DNA of 64,000 nt from an uncultured Candidatus Competibacteraceae bacterium (GCA_964578885.1 CAZOEO010000019.1:245-64244); one strand, 5' to 3'; positions 8,280 through 19,946 are shown, counted from the stretch's first letter. Notes: generated from the sequence alone by a model not told the origin. Translations and numbers: made by a program.

Positions 8280-9473
8280 TTATTCAAAAGCCACCGGGTA
8301 CACCACCCTATACAATTTAGCTTGCCCCACCGGACCATTATATTCAAAATGAATCAAGCCCTCCAGCTTATTCTCGCTGTTCATCCGAAAATGCCACTTA
8401 TCTACATCATATTTATTGGTCAGATTCCATGCATCCCAACCCAGAAAAATCACCAAAGCCGGCAATTCGTAGGTTTTACCATTTAAATAATTGATGACTA
8501 CAATTTTTTGTACCGATGTGGTTCCGTTCCAGCTATAAGTACCCAGGCTCATGATGATCCATTTTCCGGAAACATTGGAATGAAGAATACTCCAGGACGC
8601 TTCCGGCGCATAATATTCAGAAAGCGTATTTCCTGCACCTACTCGATACAATTTATCGAAAGCCACCAGATAATCATTGTTGATGACATGCAAACGAGCA
8701 CCGCGCATCAAAATGATTTCATCGTAACCGCCCCTGTAAATGCGAGTAAATTGGTTGTCTTTAAACTCATAAAAATTAACCCCCGTGTTGTTGGTATTTT
8801 TATAGATAAATTCATCATTCTTTGATCGGAACACATCTTGTTGTACGGGACTCCATTCTTCGCCATTAGGGATACTTCCAATGATCAAATCCCAGACTTG
8901 CGTACCAGGGTTCCATTTATACAACATGGCGACGCCATCGTCCTGTCGTTTTCCAATCAAGTAAAAATCACTTTGGGTGGCTGCCAACTGAACAGACCAA
9001 AATTTTATCTGAAAAGTTTGTTCAGTATACAAGGAAAATGTCTCAGCATTCGGGTCAAAAAAGCGGGTTTTAATGACATCCACCTGCGAATTCGGACTCG
9101 TGTGTTCTACCTGACAAATGGCCTGATCTGAAGCCACAAAATGCATATAATTAGGAGAAGAAACATAATTAACCCATGTGTCATTTTCGAAACGGGCTAA
9201 ATGATACTGATGTTGGGCACTGGTAAGTACGTGGTAATAATGAAACTCCTTCCCACCTGCATAAAACACTTTCAAAATATCACTTCGGTGATTATCTGCC
9301 AGCGGCATAATGTGGTTATCAGATGGAATGATAAAACGTTCAGTTAATTCAATCACCTGAGGGTCAGGCTGGTTGTTGTTACCACCATTATTCCCCTCAT
9401 CTTTTGAACAAGAAACACCCAAAACCAACAAGAGGCCCACCAAAAAATACCTTAAAGAATTCACCGACTTCAT
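8280..9473 (-). CDS. Hypothetical lipoprotein (397 aa; signal peptide ending ...LGVSC; Asn/Gly-rich linker, then an aromatic-rich domain).
   Basis: Signal peptide with lipobox-like Cys; no family recognised. Confidence 0.5.
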   Translation of the reverse strand: MKSVNSLRYFLVGLLLVLGVSCSKDEGNNGGNNNQPDPQVIELTERFIIPSDNHIMPLADNHRSDILKVFYAGGKEFHYYHVLTSAQHQYHLARFENDTWVNYVSSPNYMHFVASDQAICQVEHTSPNSQVDVIKTRFFDPNAETFSLYTEQTFQIKFWSVQLAATQSDFYLIGKRQDDGVAMLYKWNPGTQVWDLIIGSIPNGEEWSPVQQDVFRSKNDEFIYKNTNNTGVNFYEFKDNQFTRIYRGGYDEIILMRGARLHVINNDYLVAFDKLYRVGAGNTLSEYYAPEASWSILHSNVSGKWIIMSLGTYSWNGTTSVQKIVVINYLNGKTYELPALVIFLGWDAWNLTNKYDVDKWHFRMNSENKLEGLIHFEYNGPVGQAKLYRVVYPVAFE

Positions 9474-9924
9474 TAAATGATGATATAAAATAAACGTTTA
9501 ACCCAAATAAAACCAACTACTATGGATTTAAAAAAATCATAGTAAACGTTTTAATCACTTACAAACAAATATAAGTGACAAAAAGCTCCACTCCAAATAG
9601 GAAAATGGTAACCTCTTCATTTTTAGAATTGGTTGTAAATACACAAATGAAAAAAATCGTCTCGCTGTCAGGAAAAGGAAAACCCTATGGCTCGTGAAAA
9701 ATATTTTTCGGACATACCTTTTCTGGATTGAAAAAGCTTACCAATCCAATCAGATCCCAGGAGAAATGAAGAACACCTCCATTTGAAAAACACATGAAGG
9801 AAAAGTAAAAAGGTAGGAGGAACATTTAAACCGCTAGAGGGCAGACAGGGTCATCACCCATTCAACAGGGCTAAAGAAAGAGGCCAAAACTCCCAAAAGG
9901 AAACAAGCACGGCTATAAAAAAGA

Positions 9925-9962
9925 AAACCCCAAGTGAATACTTGGGGTTAAAAAAACAATCG
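9925..9962 (-). terminator. Rho-independent terminator after rplQ (ccccaagtattcacttgggg + T-run on the minus strand).
   Basis: Hairpin plus U-run immediately 3' of the rplQ stop. Confidence 0.65.
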
Positions 9963-9967
9963 AGATA

Positions 9968-10447
9968 TTATTCAGCAGAGGCCTCAGTGGTATCAGCCGC
10001 AGCAGATTCCACTTTTGCTTTAGCACCACCAGCACGACGGGTACGTTTCTTTGTACCTTCTGACTTTTTGCCGTCTTTGGTATAAGTGGCATTGAAGTCT
10101 ACCAGTTCAATCATGGCCATTTCAGCATTGTCACCAGCGCGAGGTCCCATTTTAATAATACGGGTATAACCGCCAGGACGTGTAGCTACAGCGGCAGCCA
10201 CATCACGGAACAATTCAGTAACTGCTTCCTTGTTTTGCAGGTAGCTGAACACCAAACGACGAGAGTGCGTGGTGTTGTCCTTTGATTTGGTAATCATTGG
10301 CTCCACATACTTACGTAGTTCGCGTGCTTTCGCCACCGTAGTGGTGATACGCTTGTGGGTAATCAAAGAAATCGCCAGGTTGGCTAAAAGGGCCTGCCGA
10401 TGTGCGGCTTTACGACCCAAATGATTCACTTTTCTTCCGTGTCTCAT
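9968..10447 (-). CDS. rplQ: 50S ribosomal protein L17, with a Lys/Ala/Glu-rich C-terminal extension.
   Basis: [25 protein letters not shown]... signature. Confidence 0.95.
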   Translation of the reverse strand: MRHGRKVNHLGRKAAHRQALLANLAISLITHKRITTTVAKARELRKYVEPMITKSKDNTTHSRRLVFSYLQNKEAVTELFRDVAAAVATRPGGYTRIIKMGPRAGDNAEMAMIELVDFNATYTKDGKKSEGTKKRTRRAGGAKAKVESAAADTTEASAE

Positions 10448-10479
10448 GACTTAGTTTTTATGAAACCACCAATGGTGCT

Positions 10480-11472
10480 TCAGTCTTTATCTAATTTATA
10501 TTTGGCCACATTCATTCCGAAGTGAAGGCCTTTATTGCGAACCAATTCTTCTAGTTCCACCAAAGACTTCTTACCGAAGTTACGAAATTTCAATAAGTCG
10601 TTTTTGTTGAAAGCCACCAGGTCTCCGATGGTTTCCACATCAGCCGCTTTAAGGCAGTTGAGGGCACGAACGGATAGATCTAAATCAACCAGTTTGGTTT
10701 TTAACAACTGACGCATGTGAAGGCTCTCCTCGTCAAACTCTTCAGTTTGGGCTTTTTCTTCCGTATCGAGCGTAATTTTCTCATCAGAGAAAAGTGCAAA
10801 GTGCTGGATTAGAATTTTAGCCGCTTCCTTCAGCGCTTCTTTAGGATGAATGGAACCATCAGATTTTACTTCAACCAACAACTTTTCATAGTCAGTTTTT
10901 TGTTCTACCCGATAGTTTTCAATTGCGTACTTCACGTTAACAATGGGAGTGAAGATAGAGTCAATGGCTATAAAATGAATGTCGCCATGATCCCTTTTAT
11001 TTTCCTCCGCCGGACGATAACCTCTGCCTTTCTCGATTACAATCTCCATGTGAAGTTTCACAGAAGGATCGAGATTACAAATCACCATATCAGGATTCAG
11101 GATTTGAAAACCTGAGGTGAATTTAGAGATATCACCTGCACGAAACTGTTCTGCACCGGTAAACGAAATGACCACATGCTCAGAATCCAGGGTATCAATT
11201 TGTCTTTTAAACCTAACTTTTTTCAGGTTTAAAATGATGTCAGACATGTCTTCCACAACACCTTGCAGGGTAGAGAATTCATGAGAAACACCATCTATCT
11301 TCACCGCTGTAATGGCGAATCCTTCTAAAGAGGAAAGTAGAATTCTTCTAAGAGAATTGCCAATGGTAATCCCGTAACCCGGTTCGAGGGGGCGGAACTC
11401 AAATTTGCCCAGGAACTCATCTGATTCGAGGAGTATAACCTTGTCGGGCCGTTGAAAATCGAGAATGGCCAT
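10480..11472 (-). CDS. rpoA: DNA-directed RNA polymerase subunit alpha.
   Basis: 330 aa, canonical rpoA N- and C-terminal domains, sited between rpsD and rplQ. Confidence 0.95.
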   Translation of the reverse strand: MAILDFQRPDKVILLESDEFLGKFEFRPLEPGYGITIGNSLRRILLSSLEGFAITAVKIDGVSHEFSTLQGVVEDMSDIILNLKKVRFKRQIDTLDSEHVVISFTGAEQFRAGDISKFTSGFQILNPDMVICNLDPSVKLHMEIVIEKGRGYRPAEENKRDHGDIHFIAIDSIFTPIVNVKYAIENYRVEQKTDYEKLLVEVKSDGSIHPKEALKEAAKILIQHFALFSDEKITLDTEEKAQTEEFDEESLHMRQLLKTKLVDLDLSVRALNCLKAADVETIGDLVAFNKNDLLKFRNFGKKSLVELEELVRNKGLHFGMNVAKYKLDKD

Positions 11473-11494
11473 ATGCGGTGTAATCGGTTAGAAA

Positions 11495-12100
11495 TTATTT
11501 GGAGTAAAGTTCCACGATAAGTTGTTCGCGGATATTTTCAGGAATTTGCTCGCGACGTGGTGCCATAATAAAGGTACCTTCCATGGCGGCTTGATCCCAG
11601 CTCAACCAATCAAAACGGTGAGGAGACAATCCCAATGAATTAGTAATAACAGAAAGGGACTTTGAACGCTCACGTACACCCACTTTATCACCTGGTTTCA
11701 AGGAAAAAGAAGGAATACCAACCAATTCACCATTAACGGTAATATGTTTGTGGGTAACGAGCTGACGAGCGGCGTCTCTGGTGGGAGCCACACCCATACG
11801 ATATACTACGTTATCCAAACGGCTTTCACAAAGGATTAAAAGGTTTTCACCAGTAACCCCTTTCAGGGTGGAAGCTTTCTCAAACAATTTTCTGAATTGA
11901 CGCTCCAGAATACCATAAGTATACTTAGCTTTTTGCTTCTCCATCAACTGGATAGCATATTCAGACTGCTTCTTTCTGCGCTTAGAAGGGCCATGCATTC
12001 CGGGAGGATATGCTTTGCGCTGCAGCGACTTGGAAGGACCGAAAATGGGTTCCCGAAAACGACGGGCTATCTTGGCTTTAGGGCCTCTATAACGTGCCAT
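11495..12100 (-). CDS. rpsD: 30S ribosomal protein S4.
   Basis: [15 protein letters not shown]... Confidence 0.95.
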   Translation of the reverse strand: MARYRGPKAKIARRFREPIFGPSKSLQRKAYPPGMHGPSKRRKKQSEYAIQLMEKQKAKYTYGILERQFRKLFEKASTLKGVTGENLLILCESRLDNVVYRMGVAPTRDAARQLVTHKHITVNGELVGIPSFSLKPGDKVGVRERSKSLSVITNSLGLSPHRFDWLSWDQAAMEGTFIMAPRREQIPENIREQLIVELYSK

Positions 12101-12142
12101 GACAATTTACTTAATTAGATGAATAAATGTGAAGGTAAAGGA

Positions 12143-12526
12143 TTAAACGCGACGACGTTTCGGCGGACGGCAGCCATTGTGAGGCATAGGCGTAATGTCT
12201 ACGATTTCGGTCACCTCAATCCCAGCATTATAGATATACCGAATAGCGGACTCCCTTCCTGCTCCAGGGCCTTTCACATACACTTTAACACGACGTAATC
12301 CCAAATCATACGCTTCTTTAGCACACTCAGTGGAGGCCATTTGAGCGGCGTATGGGGTGTTTTTCTTGGATCCTTTAAAACCCATTTTACCCGCACTGGA
12401 CCAAGTGATGACTTGCCCTTGCGCATTGGTAAGAGAAATGATGATGTTGTTGAAAGTAGCATTGATATGCGCTTCTCCAACCGCATCCACTTTCACATTT
12501 TTCTTGCTGACTTTTTGCTTTGCCAT
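12143..12526 (-). CDS. rpsK: 30S ribosomal protein S11. Start set at MAKQK; the track ORF begins 2 codons earlier at a TTG.
   Basis: ...[20 protein letters not shown]...[12 protein letters not shown]. Confidence 0.93.
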   Translation of the reverse strand: MAKQKVSKKNVKVDAVGEAHINATFNNIIISLTNAQGQVITWSSAGKMGFKGSKKNTPYAAQMASTECAKEAYDLGLRRVKVYVKGPGAGRESAIRYIYNAGIEVTEIVDITPMPHNGCRPPKRRRV

Positions 12527-12535
12527 GATCAAAGA

Positions 12536-12913
12536 TTACTTGGTAGCTTTCTTCTTGTTTGCTACGGTTTTTTTCTTGCCTTTCCGTGTGCGGCAATTGT
12601 TTTTGGTTTTCTGTCCACGTACAGGCAATCCCACACGATGACGAATACCACGGTAACAACCAATATCCATCAGACGCTTGATGTTGAGCTGCACCTCAGA
12701 ACGAAGCGCACCTTCTACCTTAACTTCTGCATTAATGATATTACGAATCCGAGCCAATTGGTCATCGGTCCATTCGCTTACTTTTGTATTGAAATCAATT
12801 TCAGCTTTCGTTAAAATGCGCTGTGCCATTGGACGGCCAATGCCGAAAATGTAAGTGAGTCCTACCTCACCTCGCTTGTTCCTTGGAAGATCTATACCTG
12901 CGATCCTTGCCAT
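12536..12913 (-). CDS. rpsM: 30S ribosomal protein S13.
   Basis: [14 protein letters not shown]... Confidence 0.95.
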   Translation of the reverse strand: MARIAGIDLPRNKRGEVGLTYIFGIGRPMAQRILTKAEIDFNTKVSEWTDDQLARIRNIINAEVKVEGALRSEVQLNIKRLMDIGCYRGIRHRVGLPVRGQKTKNNCRTRKGKKKTVANKKKATK

Positions 12914-12945
12914 ACTGTGATGTTTCTGGGATTGTTGTATTAAAA

Positions 12946-13062
12946 TTAACCCTGACGTTGTTTAAAACGGGGATTCTTTTTGTTGATGACGTAGAGCTTT
13001 CCATTCCGACGCACAATTTTGCACTCGGCGCTACGCTTTTTAATCGATGCTTTTACTTTCAT
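12946..13062 (-). CDS. rpmJ: 50S ribosomal protein L36 (38 aa; below the ORF-track size cutoff).
   Basis: Hand translation of the minus strand: [38 protein letters not shown]. Confidence 0.9.
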   Translation of the reverse strand: MKVKASIKKRSAECKIVRRNGKLYVINKKNPRFKQRQG

Positions 13063-13067
13063 GGCGC

Positions 13068-13286
13068 TTATTTGTAACGGTATACAATCCGACCCTTTGT
13101 AAGGTCGTAAGGTGACATTTCTACACGAACTTTATCCCCTGGTAAAATCTTAATGTAATGCATTCGCATTTTACCGGAAATATGGGAGACAATAATATGA
13201 CCATTCTCTAATTCCACACGAAACATGGCATTAGATAAAGCCTCTATAATTGTTCCATCTTGTTCTATTGAAGGCTGTTTAGCCAT
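13068..13286 (-). CDS. infA: Translation initiation factor IF-1.
   Basis: 72 aa S1-like OB fold, ...[35 protein letters not shown]. Confidence 0.95.
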   Translation of the reverse strand: MAKQPSIEQDGTIIEALSNAMFRVELENGHIIVSHISGKMRMHYIKILPGDKVRVEMSPYDLTKGRIVYRYK

Positions 13287-13289
13287 TCT

Positions 13290-14096
13290 TTATATATAAG
13301 TTAAGTTCGTATTCTTTTGTATCGCTTCTTCAATGGCAGCATAAGATGAAAGTAATTCAAACTTTCCGTCTCTCACTACCACATTGTGTTCAAAATGGGC
13401 GCTGGGTTGTTTGTCTCTGGTCACAATGGTCCATTGATCACTTAACACGCGCACGTGACGTTTCCCGAGATTAATCATCGGTTCAACCGCCAACACCATT
13501 CCTGATTTCAACAAAACACCACGGCCCCTTGAACCAAAATTTGGTACCTCAGGAGCTTCATGCAAATTGGCGCCTAAACCATGACCGACCAATTCGCGCA
13601 CTACACTCATTCCATTGGATTCTGCATGTTTCTGAACAGCGAAACCAATATCACCGGTATAATTACCAGCCTGAGCCTGAGCTACACCCAAGTAAACACA
13701 TTCCTTTGTCACAGACAAAAGCTTAGCCCATTGGGGAGAAATTTCACCTATAGCAAAAGTATATGCGAAATCTCCGTGGTAACCTTTGCGTTGAATGCCA
13801 ATATCCACGGTAACAATGTCACCGGATTTCAGAGGCGTTTTTCCTGGAAAACCATGCACTACCTGTTCGTTTACACTATAACAAATAGAGAAAGGAAAAC
13901 CATGAAAACCTTTGAAGGAAGCTTTGGCCTGATGATCTTGAATGAAAGTGTCTACCCACGCATCCACCTCCAAACCGGTCACACCGGGCTTAAGCCTACT
14001 GGCTACAAGCGCAAGGGCTTGTTCAACAAGTAAAGAACTCTGCCTACAAAGAGCAACCTCTTCTTCGGACTTTATAATAGGCACTCCACTGGCCAT
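13290..14096 (-). CDS. map: Methionine aminopeptidase, type I.
   Basis: 268 aa, pita-bread metal ligand pattern, in the conserved position after secY. Confidence 0.9.
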   Translation of the reverse strand: MASGVPIIKSEEEVALCRQSSLLVEQALALVASRLKPGVTGLEVDAWVDTFIQDHQAKASFKGFHGFPFSICYSVNEQVVHGFPGKTPLKSGDIVTVDIGIQRKGYHGDFAYTFAIGEISPQWAKLLSVTKECVYLGVAQAQAGNYTGDIGFAVQKHAESNGMSVVRELVGHGLGANLHEAPEVPNFGSRGRGVLLKSGMVLAVEPMINLGKRHVRVLSDQWTIVTRDKQPSAHFEHNVVVRDGKFELLSSYAAIEEAIQKNTNLTYI

Positions 14097-14101
14097 AGAC
14101 C

Positions 14102-15430
14102 TTACATGGAGGGATAATTAGCCGGCATTCTTCCCTGCAGTTTTCCGGATTTCATCAATCCATCAAACTGACGCATTTTGAGGTGAGAATCGATTTGAGC
14201 CAAAGTGTCTAACACTACACCTACCATGATCAACAGAGAAGTACCTCCGTAAAACTGAGCAAAAGCAGGGTTCACATTGGCGAGAATGGCAAAGGCAGGT
14301 AAAATAGCTACAACTGCAAGGAAAATAGATCCAGGAAGAGTAACACGAGAAATAACCGCATCGATGTATTCAGCGGTCTTTTTTCCGGGCTTTACACCAG
14401 GAATGAAAGAACCTTCACGTTTCAACAAATCTGCCATTTGCTGAGGATTCACAACAATAGCGGTGTAGAAATAAGTGAAGACAATAATCAGCATGGCAAA
14501 AGTGAAGTTGTAGGCAAAAGAAGTGTAATCACTAAAGTTGCGCACAAACCAATTGGGTTCATCAGAAACGAAACCCGCCAACGTAATAGGAATAATCATA
14601 ATTGCCTGAGCGAAAATGATAGGCATTACACCGGATGAATTCACTTTTAATGGAAGGTAGCTTCTGGCACCCGTTGTAAAACGGTTTCCAACCATGCGTC
14701 TGGCAGCGTGAATAGGTATTTTACGCACACCCTGAACAAGCATAATGCTTAGGATGATTACCAGTAAAAGAATCACCATTTCCAAAAGGAACATAATCAT
14801 ACCTCCACCACCTGGTTCAACTTTACTTCTGAACTCTGTCAAGAGACCTGAAGGCAAAGAAGCAATAATACCAATCATGATAATCAAAGAAGTACCATTC
14901 CCAATACCTCGATCGGTAATTTTCTCACCTAACCACATCACGAAAAGTGTACCAGCAATGATGATGGTTACCGCGAGAATCCACCAGGAAGTGGTATCGG
15001 GGTAAACACCGGCTGGTATGTACTGGGTAAGGTAACCAGGCGCCTGAAAAGCAGTAATCAAAACGGTGAGACCACGGGTGATCTGCGTGAGTTGATTCCT
15101 GCCACTTTCATCTTTCTGAAGTTTTTGAAAATAGGGAACTGCAACGCCCAAAAGCTGAATGATAATAGATGCCGATATATAAGGCATAATACCAAGAGCG
15201 AAAATGGAGGCGTTAGAAAACGCACCACCAGTAAGCAGGTTAATGAGGTCAATCAAATTGGCGTCATCACGCGCTTCCAACTTGGAGGCTAAAAGCTCCG
15301 TATCGATACCTGGCAGGGTAATATAGGAACCCAGGCGATACACTGCCACCAAAATCATGGTGAAAGTGATACGATCACGGAGTTCCTGTATACTCCAGAT
15401 TTCTTTAAGACGTTGAACTAAGTTCTTCAT
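14102..15430 (-). CDS. secY: Preprotein translocase subunit SecY.
   Basis: 442 aa, 10-TM profile, in the conserved position. Confidence 0.95.
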   Translation of the reverse strand: MKNLVQRLKEIWSIQELRDRITFTMILVAVYRLGSYITLPGIDTELLASKLEARDDANLIDLINLLTGGAFSNASIFALGIMPYISASIIIQLLGVAVPYFQKLQKDESGRNQLTQITRGLTVLITAFQAPGYLTQYIPAGVYPDTTSWWILAVTIIIAGTLFVMWLGEKITDRGIGNGTSLIIMIGIIASLPSGLLTEFRSKVEPGGGGMIMFLLEMVILLLVIILSIMLVQGVRKIPIHAARRMVGNRFTTGARSYLPLKVNSSGVMPIIFAQAIMIIPITLAGFVSDEPNWFVRNFSDYTSFAYNFTFAMLIIVFTYFYTAIVVNPQQMADLLKREGSFIPGVKPGKKTAEYIDAVISRVTLPGSIFLAVVAILPAFAILANVNPAFAQFYGGTSLLIMVGVVLDTLAQIDSHLKMRQFDGLMKSGKLQGRMPANYPSM

Positions 15431-15444
15431 GGAAAAAGGTGAGA

Positions 15445-15891
15445 TCAGAGCGTTTGAGCAACACCACCTGCTTGCTCAATAGCAACACGTGCAGATGATG
15501 AAAAAGCATGAACGGTTACGTTGAGTTTGGCTTTTAATTCACCACTACCCAAAACCTTGACCAAATCGTTTTTAGAAACCAAACCGTGTGTGCGGAGGGT
15601 CTCCAAGCTGATTTCAGACAAGCCATGATTTTCAGACAAACGTTGAAGAACGTCTAAATTGAGTGGCTTATAAGAAACACGGTTGAAGTTGGTGAAACCG
15701 AATTTAGGTAAACGACGCTGAATTGGCATCTGACCACCTTCGAAACCAATCTTCTTGGAATAACCTGAACGAGACTTGGCACCTTTATGGCCACGTCCGG
15801 ATGTACCACCTTTGGTAGAACCTTCTCCACGTCCAACGCGACGTCCGGTATGTGTTGCTCCTGTTGCAGGAGATAACTGATTCAATTTCAT
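15445..15891 (-). CDS. rplO: 50S ribosomal protein L15. Start set at MKLNQL; the track ORF extends 11 codons further.
   Basis: MKLNQLSPATGATHTGRRVGRGEGS... Confidence 0.9.
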   Translation of the reverse strand: MKLNQLSPATGATHTGRRVGRGEGSTKGGTSGRGHKGAKSRSGYSKKIGFEGGQMPIQRRLPKFGFTNFNRVSYKPLNLDVLQRLSENHGLSEISLETLRTHGLVSKNDLVKVLGSGELKAKLNVTVHAFSSSARVAIEQAGGVAQTL

Positions 15892-15901
15892 AATGCAAAA
15901 A

Positions 15902-16081
15902 TCAAATGTGTTCAACGGTAACAAGGTGAGAAACTTTGCTAACCATACCCATGATTTGAGGGGTAGCTTCGTGTTCTACAACTTGGTTCATTTTCCGAAT
16001 ACCGAGGGCAATAAGTGTAGCCTTTTGACGCTCGGGGCGGTCGATACCGCTCTTTACTTGTTTAATACGAATTTTGGCCAT
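15902..16081 (-). CDS. rpmD: 50S ribosomal protein L30 (59 aa; not in the ORF track).
   Basis: Hand translation: MAKIRIKQVKSGIDRPERQKATLIALGIRKMNQVVEHEATPQIMGMVSKVSHLVTVEHI. Confidence 0.9.
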   Translation of the reverse strand: MAKIRIKQVKSGIDRPERQKATLIALGIRKMNQVVEHEATPQIMGMVSKVSHLVTVEHI

Positions 16082-16091
16082 GATACCCAGA

Positions 16092-16610
16092 TTATCCGTT
16101 AAATACTTTTTCCAATTTCACGCCACGCTCTTGAGCTACTGTGTATGCATCACGAAGTTCAGCAAGCGCTTCAAAGGTAGCTTTCACTACATTGTGCGGG
16201 TTGGAAGAACCTTTAGATTTGCATAACACATCTTTTACACCAACCGATTCAAGCACAGCACGCATAGCACCACCAGCGATAACACCGGTACCGGAAGCAG
16301 CTGGCTTCATGAATACACGTGATGAACAGTATTTAGCAGTAATTTCGTGAGGAATAGATCCATTGCGGATAGGAACACGAATTAGGTTCTTTTTGGCATC
16401 GTCGATACCTTTCTGAATAGCTTCAGTAACCTCATTGGCTTTTCCCAATCCATAACCGACTACCCCATTCTCATTTCCAACTACCACAATGGCGGCAAAG
16501 GAGAAGTGGCGACCACCCTTGGTCACTTTAGTTACGCGGTTGATTGCCACCAACCGGTCTTTCAATTCAATTTCGCTGGATTTAACCCGCTTTACGTTTG
16601 TCTGTGCCAT
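16092..16610 (-). CDS. rpsE: 30S ribosomal protein S5.
   Basis: ...[36 protein letters not shown]... Confidence 0.95.
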   Translation of the reverse strand: MAQTNVKRVKSSEIELKDRLVAINRVTKVTKGGRHFSFAAIVVVGNENGVVGYGLGKANEVTEAIQKGIDDAKKNLIRVPIRNGSIPHEITAKYCSSRVFMKPAASGTGVIAGGAMRAVLESVGVKDVLCKSKGSSNPHNVVKATFEALAELRDAYTVAQERGVKLEKVFNG

Positions 16611-16617
16611 AGTGATA

Positions 16618-16971
16618 TCAGAAATTCAATCCACCTTCACGGGCGCCATCAGCCAAAGCCTTAACCCGTCCATGATACAAATATCCACCGCGATCGAAGG
16701 TTACCGCTTGGATGCCTAATTGTTGAGCCCGGTTAGCGAGCATTTTGCCTACCTCAAAAGAGCGGGCAGTTTTAGTACCTTCACCTGAAAAAGATTTTTC
16801 AGCGGAAGATGCATGTGCTAAGGTTTTACCAGACAAATCGTCGATAAGCTGAGCATAAATATCGCTATTGCTGCGGAAAACAGACAAACGGGGACGGGCT
16901 GCAGTGCCCTTCACACCTTTGCGAATACGAAAACGGATACGTTGCCTTCTGGCGGATTTATTGAATGCCAT
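16618..16971 (-). CDS. rplR: 50S ribosomal protein L18.
   Basis: 117 aa, conserved position and motifs. Confidence 0.93.
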   Translation of the reverse strand: MAFNKSARRQRIRFRIRKGVKGTAARPRLSVFRSNSDIYAQLIDDLSGKTLAHASSAEKSFSGEGTKTARSFEVGKMLANRAQQLGIQAVTFDRGGYLYHGRVKALADGAREGGLNF

Positions 16972-16990
16972 TTCTGTCGGGATTCTTCAA

Positions 16991-17545
16991 TTATTTACCT
17001 GCTGATTTACCAGCTTTTCTTCTTAATACTTCGTTCTTGAATCGGATACCTTTTCCTTTGTATGGTTCAGGCTTACGTAAAGAACGGATTTTAGCGGCCA
17101 CCTGACCCAGCAACTGAAGGTCGCTAGAGTTCATGACAATACGTGGGTTCTTACCTTTTTCAGTAATAGTTTCCACAAGGATTTCCTTTGGTAACTCAAT
17201 CACGTAGTTGTGAGAATAACCAAGGGTAAGATCCAGGATTTGCCCTTTGGCTTCAGCACGATAACCTACACCAACCAGCTCTTGCTCTACAGTGAAGCCG
17301 GTGGATACACCTTTCACCATGTTATTAACCAGAGAACGGTATAGACCATGCATTGAACGGTGACGTTTCTGATCTGTAGCACGTGAAACGGTGAGCACTG
17401 ATCCTTCCACTTGGAAAGAAATAGCGGGGTCAACCGTTTGGTGTAGTTCTCCCTTGGGGCCTTTTACAGTAACCACATTGGCAGGAGAGACTGAGAACTG
17501 CACGTTGGCAGGAAGTTGAATAATAGCTTTTCCTATGCGTGACAT
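16991..17545 (-). CDS. rplF: 50S ribosomal protein L6.
   Basis: MSRIGKAIIQLPANV... Confidence 0.95.
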   Translation of the reverse strand: MSRIGKAIIQLPANVQFSVSPANVVTVKGPKGELHQTVDPAISFQVEGSVLTVSRATDQKRHRSMHGLYRSLVNNMVKGVSTGFTVEQELVGVGYRAEAKGQILDLTLGYSHNYVIELPKEILVETITEKGKNPRIVMNSSDLQLLGQVAAKIRSLRKPEPYKGKGIRFKNEVLRRKAGKSAGK

Positions 17546-17556
17546 ACTTTCTCAGA

Positions 17557-17949
17557 TTAATAGATGGAACAAAGTACTTCGCCACCCACGTTAAGGGAGC
17601 GAGCTTGTTTATCGGTCATCACACCACGTGAAGTGGAGATAATGGCAATACCCAAACCATTTAACACACGGGGCATTTCAGTAGCACCCTTGTAGCTGCG
17701 TAAACCAGGGCGTGAGATACGCTTTAAGTTTTTGATGGCAGGCTGACGGGTAGCCGGATGATATTTAAGGGCAATTTTAATTGTACCTTGAACGGTATTG
17801 TCCTCAAATTTATAGTTAAGAATATAACCTTGATCCATGAGGATTTTAGTCATTTCTTTTTTGATATTCGATGCGGGAATCTCTACCACACGGTGACGGG
17901 CCTTAATGGCATTCCGCAAACGTGTCAGATAATCTGCTATTGGATCCAT
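17557..17949 (-). CDS. rpsH: 30S ribosomal protein S8.
   Basis: [14 protein letters not shown]... Confidence 0.95.
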   Translation of the reverse strand: MDPIADYLTRLRNAIKARHRVVEIPASNIKKEMTKILMDQGYILNYKFEDNTVQGTIKIALKYHPATRQPAIKNLKRISRPGLRSYKGATEMPRVLNGLGIAIISTSRGVMTDKQARSLNVGGEVLCSIY

Positions 17950-17970
17950 GTCTAATAATGCTTAACTAAT

Positions 17971-18240
17971 TTACCAGGAGGCTTTGGTTACACCAGGAAT
18001 CTTGCCTTCATTGGCCATTTTACGGAATAATACACGAGAGATTCCAAACTGTCTCATGTATCCTCTAGGTCTACCTGTTAGTTGGCAACGATTGTGCAGG
18101 CGCACAGGCGATGAATTTTTGGGTAAACGGGCTAAGGCTTGATAATCACCTTCCTCTTTCAAAGCGGCACGCTTAGCTGCATATTTGGCGACAAGACGCT
18201 GACGTTTGCGTTCTTTGGCCTTCATTGATTCTTTTGCCAT
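17971..18240 (-). CDS. rpsN: 30S ribosomal protein S14 (long, 89-aa form).
   Basis: ...[39 protein letters not shown]. Confidence 0.95.
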   Translation of the reverse strand: MAKESMKAKERKRQRLVAKYAAKRAALKEEGDYQALARLPKNSSPVRLHNRCQLTGRPRGYMRQFGISRVLFRKMANEGKIPGVTKASW

Positions 18241-18245
18241 GACCC

Positions 18246-18809
18246 TTATTCCTGGTTTTTATTCACATCATTGAACGGCATACCGAAACCTCTCAGTAGT
18301 GCGTAAGCTTCGGCGTTGGTTGGAGCAGATGTCACAAAAGTGATGTCCATACCATTGATTTTCAAAACTTTATCGATGTCGATTTCAGCGAAAATCAATT
18401 GTTCGGGGATACCGATATTATAGTTACCTCTGCCGTCGAATCCTTTGGCGTTTACACCTTTAAAATCACGGATCCGGGGAAGTGATATAGAGATAAAACG
18501 ATCCAAAAACTCATACATGTTGTTCCCGCGAAGGGTTACCATGGCCCCAATGGGCATACCTTTTCTGAGTTTAAAATTCGAAATGTCCTTTTTAGACTTG
18601 GTTGAAACTGCTTTCTGACCAGAGATCAGAGACATTTCAGCCACCGCCATTTCAATGATGCGTTTGTCTGAAACGGCAGAACCGAGTCCTTGATTAAGGA
18701 CAATCTTTTTCAGGCGTGGAACCTGCATGGGAGATTTATACCCAAACTCCTTCTGAAGGGCGGGTACAATTTCATCCCTGTACTTTTGTATAAGTCTTGG
18801 TGCGTACAT
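18246..18809 (-). CDS. rplE: 50S ribosomal protein L5.
   Basis: 187 aa, conserved position and motifs. Confidence 0.95.
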   Translation of the reverse strand: MYAPRLIQKYRDEIVPALQKEFGYKSPMQVPRLKKIVLNQGLGSAVSDKRIIEMAVAEMSLISGQKAVSTKSKKDISNFKLRKGMPIGAMVTLRGNNMYEFLDRFISISLPRIRDFKGVNAKGFDGRGNYNIGIPEQLIFAEIDIDKVLKINGMDITFVTSAPTNAEAYALLRGFGMPFNDVNKNQE

Positions 18810-19135
18810 TACTTAATAACTTCTCCTGTTTTCTTTGCAAAGCGAACCAGTTTACCATCCACTGATTTGCGACCAACACGTGTAGGTTGGTCTTTCACCA
18901 ACAACATGATGTTGGAAATATGGATAGGTGCCTCTTTCTCCACGATTTTTCCTTCTGGAGAGGCAGGGGTTGGTTTGGTATGGCGTTTCACCATATTAAC
19001 ACCTTCCACCGTTACGCGCATGGTTTCGCGGTTAATTGCTTTCACAAGACCTTTTGAGCCTTTATGAACGCCGGCAATCACCATTACCTGATCACCACTT
19101 TTAATCTTAAGTTTAATGCCCATGATATGGTTCAA
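18809..19135 (-). CDS. rplX: 50S ribosomal protein L24.
   Basis: [20 protein letters not shown] (KOW motif). Confidence 0.93.
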   Translation of the reverse strand: MNHIMGIKLKIKSGDQVMVIAGVHKGSKGLVKAINRETMRVTVEGVNMVKRHTKPTPASPEGKIVEKEAPIHISNIMLLVKDQPTRVGRKSVDGKLVRFAKKTGEVIK

Positions 19136-19504
19136 TTAAAGCACTTCGGGTGCCAGTGATACGATTTTGGTAAATTGCTTTTCACGCAGTTCACGTGCCA
19201 CCGGACCAAAAATCCTGGTTCCACGCATTTCGCCCTGGTTATTCAACAGAACAACTGCGTTATCGTCAAAGCGGATGTAAGAACCATCCAAACGACGAAT
19301 TTCTTTACGGGTTCTTACCACAACAGCTTTTGTAACAGCACCCTTTTTCACGTTTCCTGAAGGGAGGGCATCTTTTACTGAAACTACAATGGTGTCTCCG
19401 ATGGAAGCATACCTTTTCTTGGTACCGCCCAAAACGCGGATACACAATACCTCTTTGGCACCTGAATTATCCGCTACACGTAATCTTGATTCCTGCTGTA
19501 CCAT
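19136..19504 (-). CDS. rplN: 50S ribosomal protein L14.
   Basis: [27 protein letters not shown]. Confidence 0.95.
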   Translation of the reverse strand: MVQQESRLRVADNSGAKEVLCIRVLGGTKKRYASIGDTIVVSVKDALPSGNVKKGAVTKAVVVRTRKEIRRLDGSYIRFDDNAVVLLNNQGEMRGTRIFGPVARELREKQFTKIVSLAPEVL

Positions 19505-19506
19505 GG

Positions 19507-19770
19507 TTACTTAGCTCTTTCAATAATTTCAACTAAACGCCAGTTCTTGCTTTTGCTCAGAGGACGAGTTTCCATAATGCGCACGGTATCACCGATATTA
19601 CATTCGTTTTTCTCATCATGTGCATGGAACTTAGAGGTAAGGGTGAGAAACTTCCCGTATTTTGGGTGTTTCACCTTACGCTCAACGGCTACCGTAATGG
19701 TCTTGGTCATCTTATTGGATACCACCACTCCGGTTTTTTCTTTCCTGCTTTTTCTAACGGTCAATTCCAT
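19507..19770 (-). CDS. rpsQ: 30S ribosomal protein S17.
   Basis: ...[29 protein letters not shown]... Confidence 0.93.
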   Translation of the reverse strand: MELTVRKSRKEKTGVVVSNKMTKTITVAVERKVKHPKYGKFLTLTSKFHAHDEKNECNIGDTVRIMETRPLSKSKNWRLVEIIERAK

Positions 19771-19786
19771 GACGCAAATCTATATT

Positions 19787-19858
19787 CAATGAAGGATACC
19801 CCTGAAAACGGGCTTGCAAAGGTGCACGTAATTTTTGAAATATCCAACATCAAGTTGT
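19787..19858 (-). promoter_or_regulatory. Conserved ~72-bp promoter-like element, copy A, upstream of rpsQ. On the minus strand it reads AT-rich tract, inverted repeat TTAACAAcTTGatGTTGG, TTTG -33-like box, conserved spacer GCAAGCCCGTTTTcAGGGG, TA-rich -7-like box.
   Basis: Three-way alignment with 24824-24882 and 28048-28129. Confidence 0.6.
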
Positions 19859-19896
19859 TAATTTTTTTATGATTATTTGAATTATCACCTGCTATA

Positions 19897-19935
19897 AAAA
19901 AAAAGCCATGTGGTGAAACACATGGCCAGTATTCA
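19897..19935 (-). terminator. Rho-independent terminator after rpmC (gccatgtgtttcaccacatggc + T9 on the minus strand), inside the classical S10-spc junction.
   Basis: Perfect 8-bp stem plus a 9-U run, 10 nt after the rpmC stop. Confidence 0.65.
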
Positions 19936-19946
19936 TGTCAGGTGGA

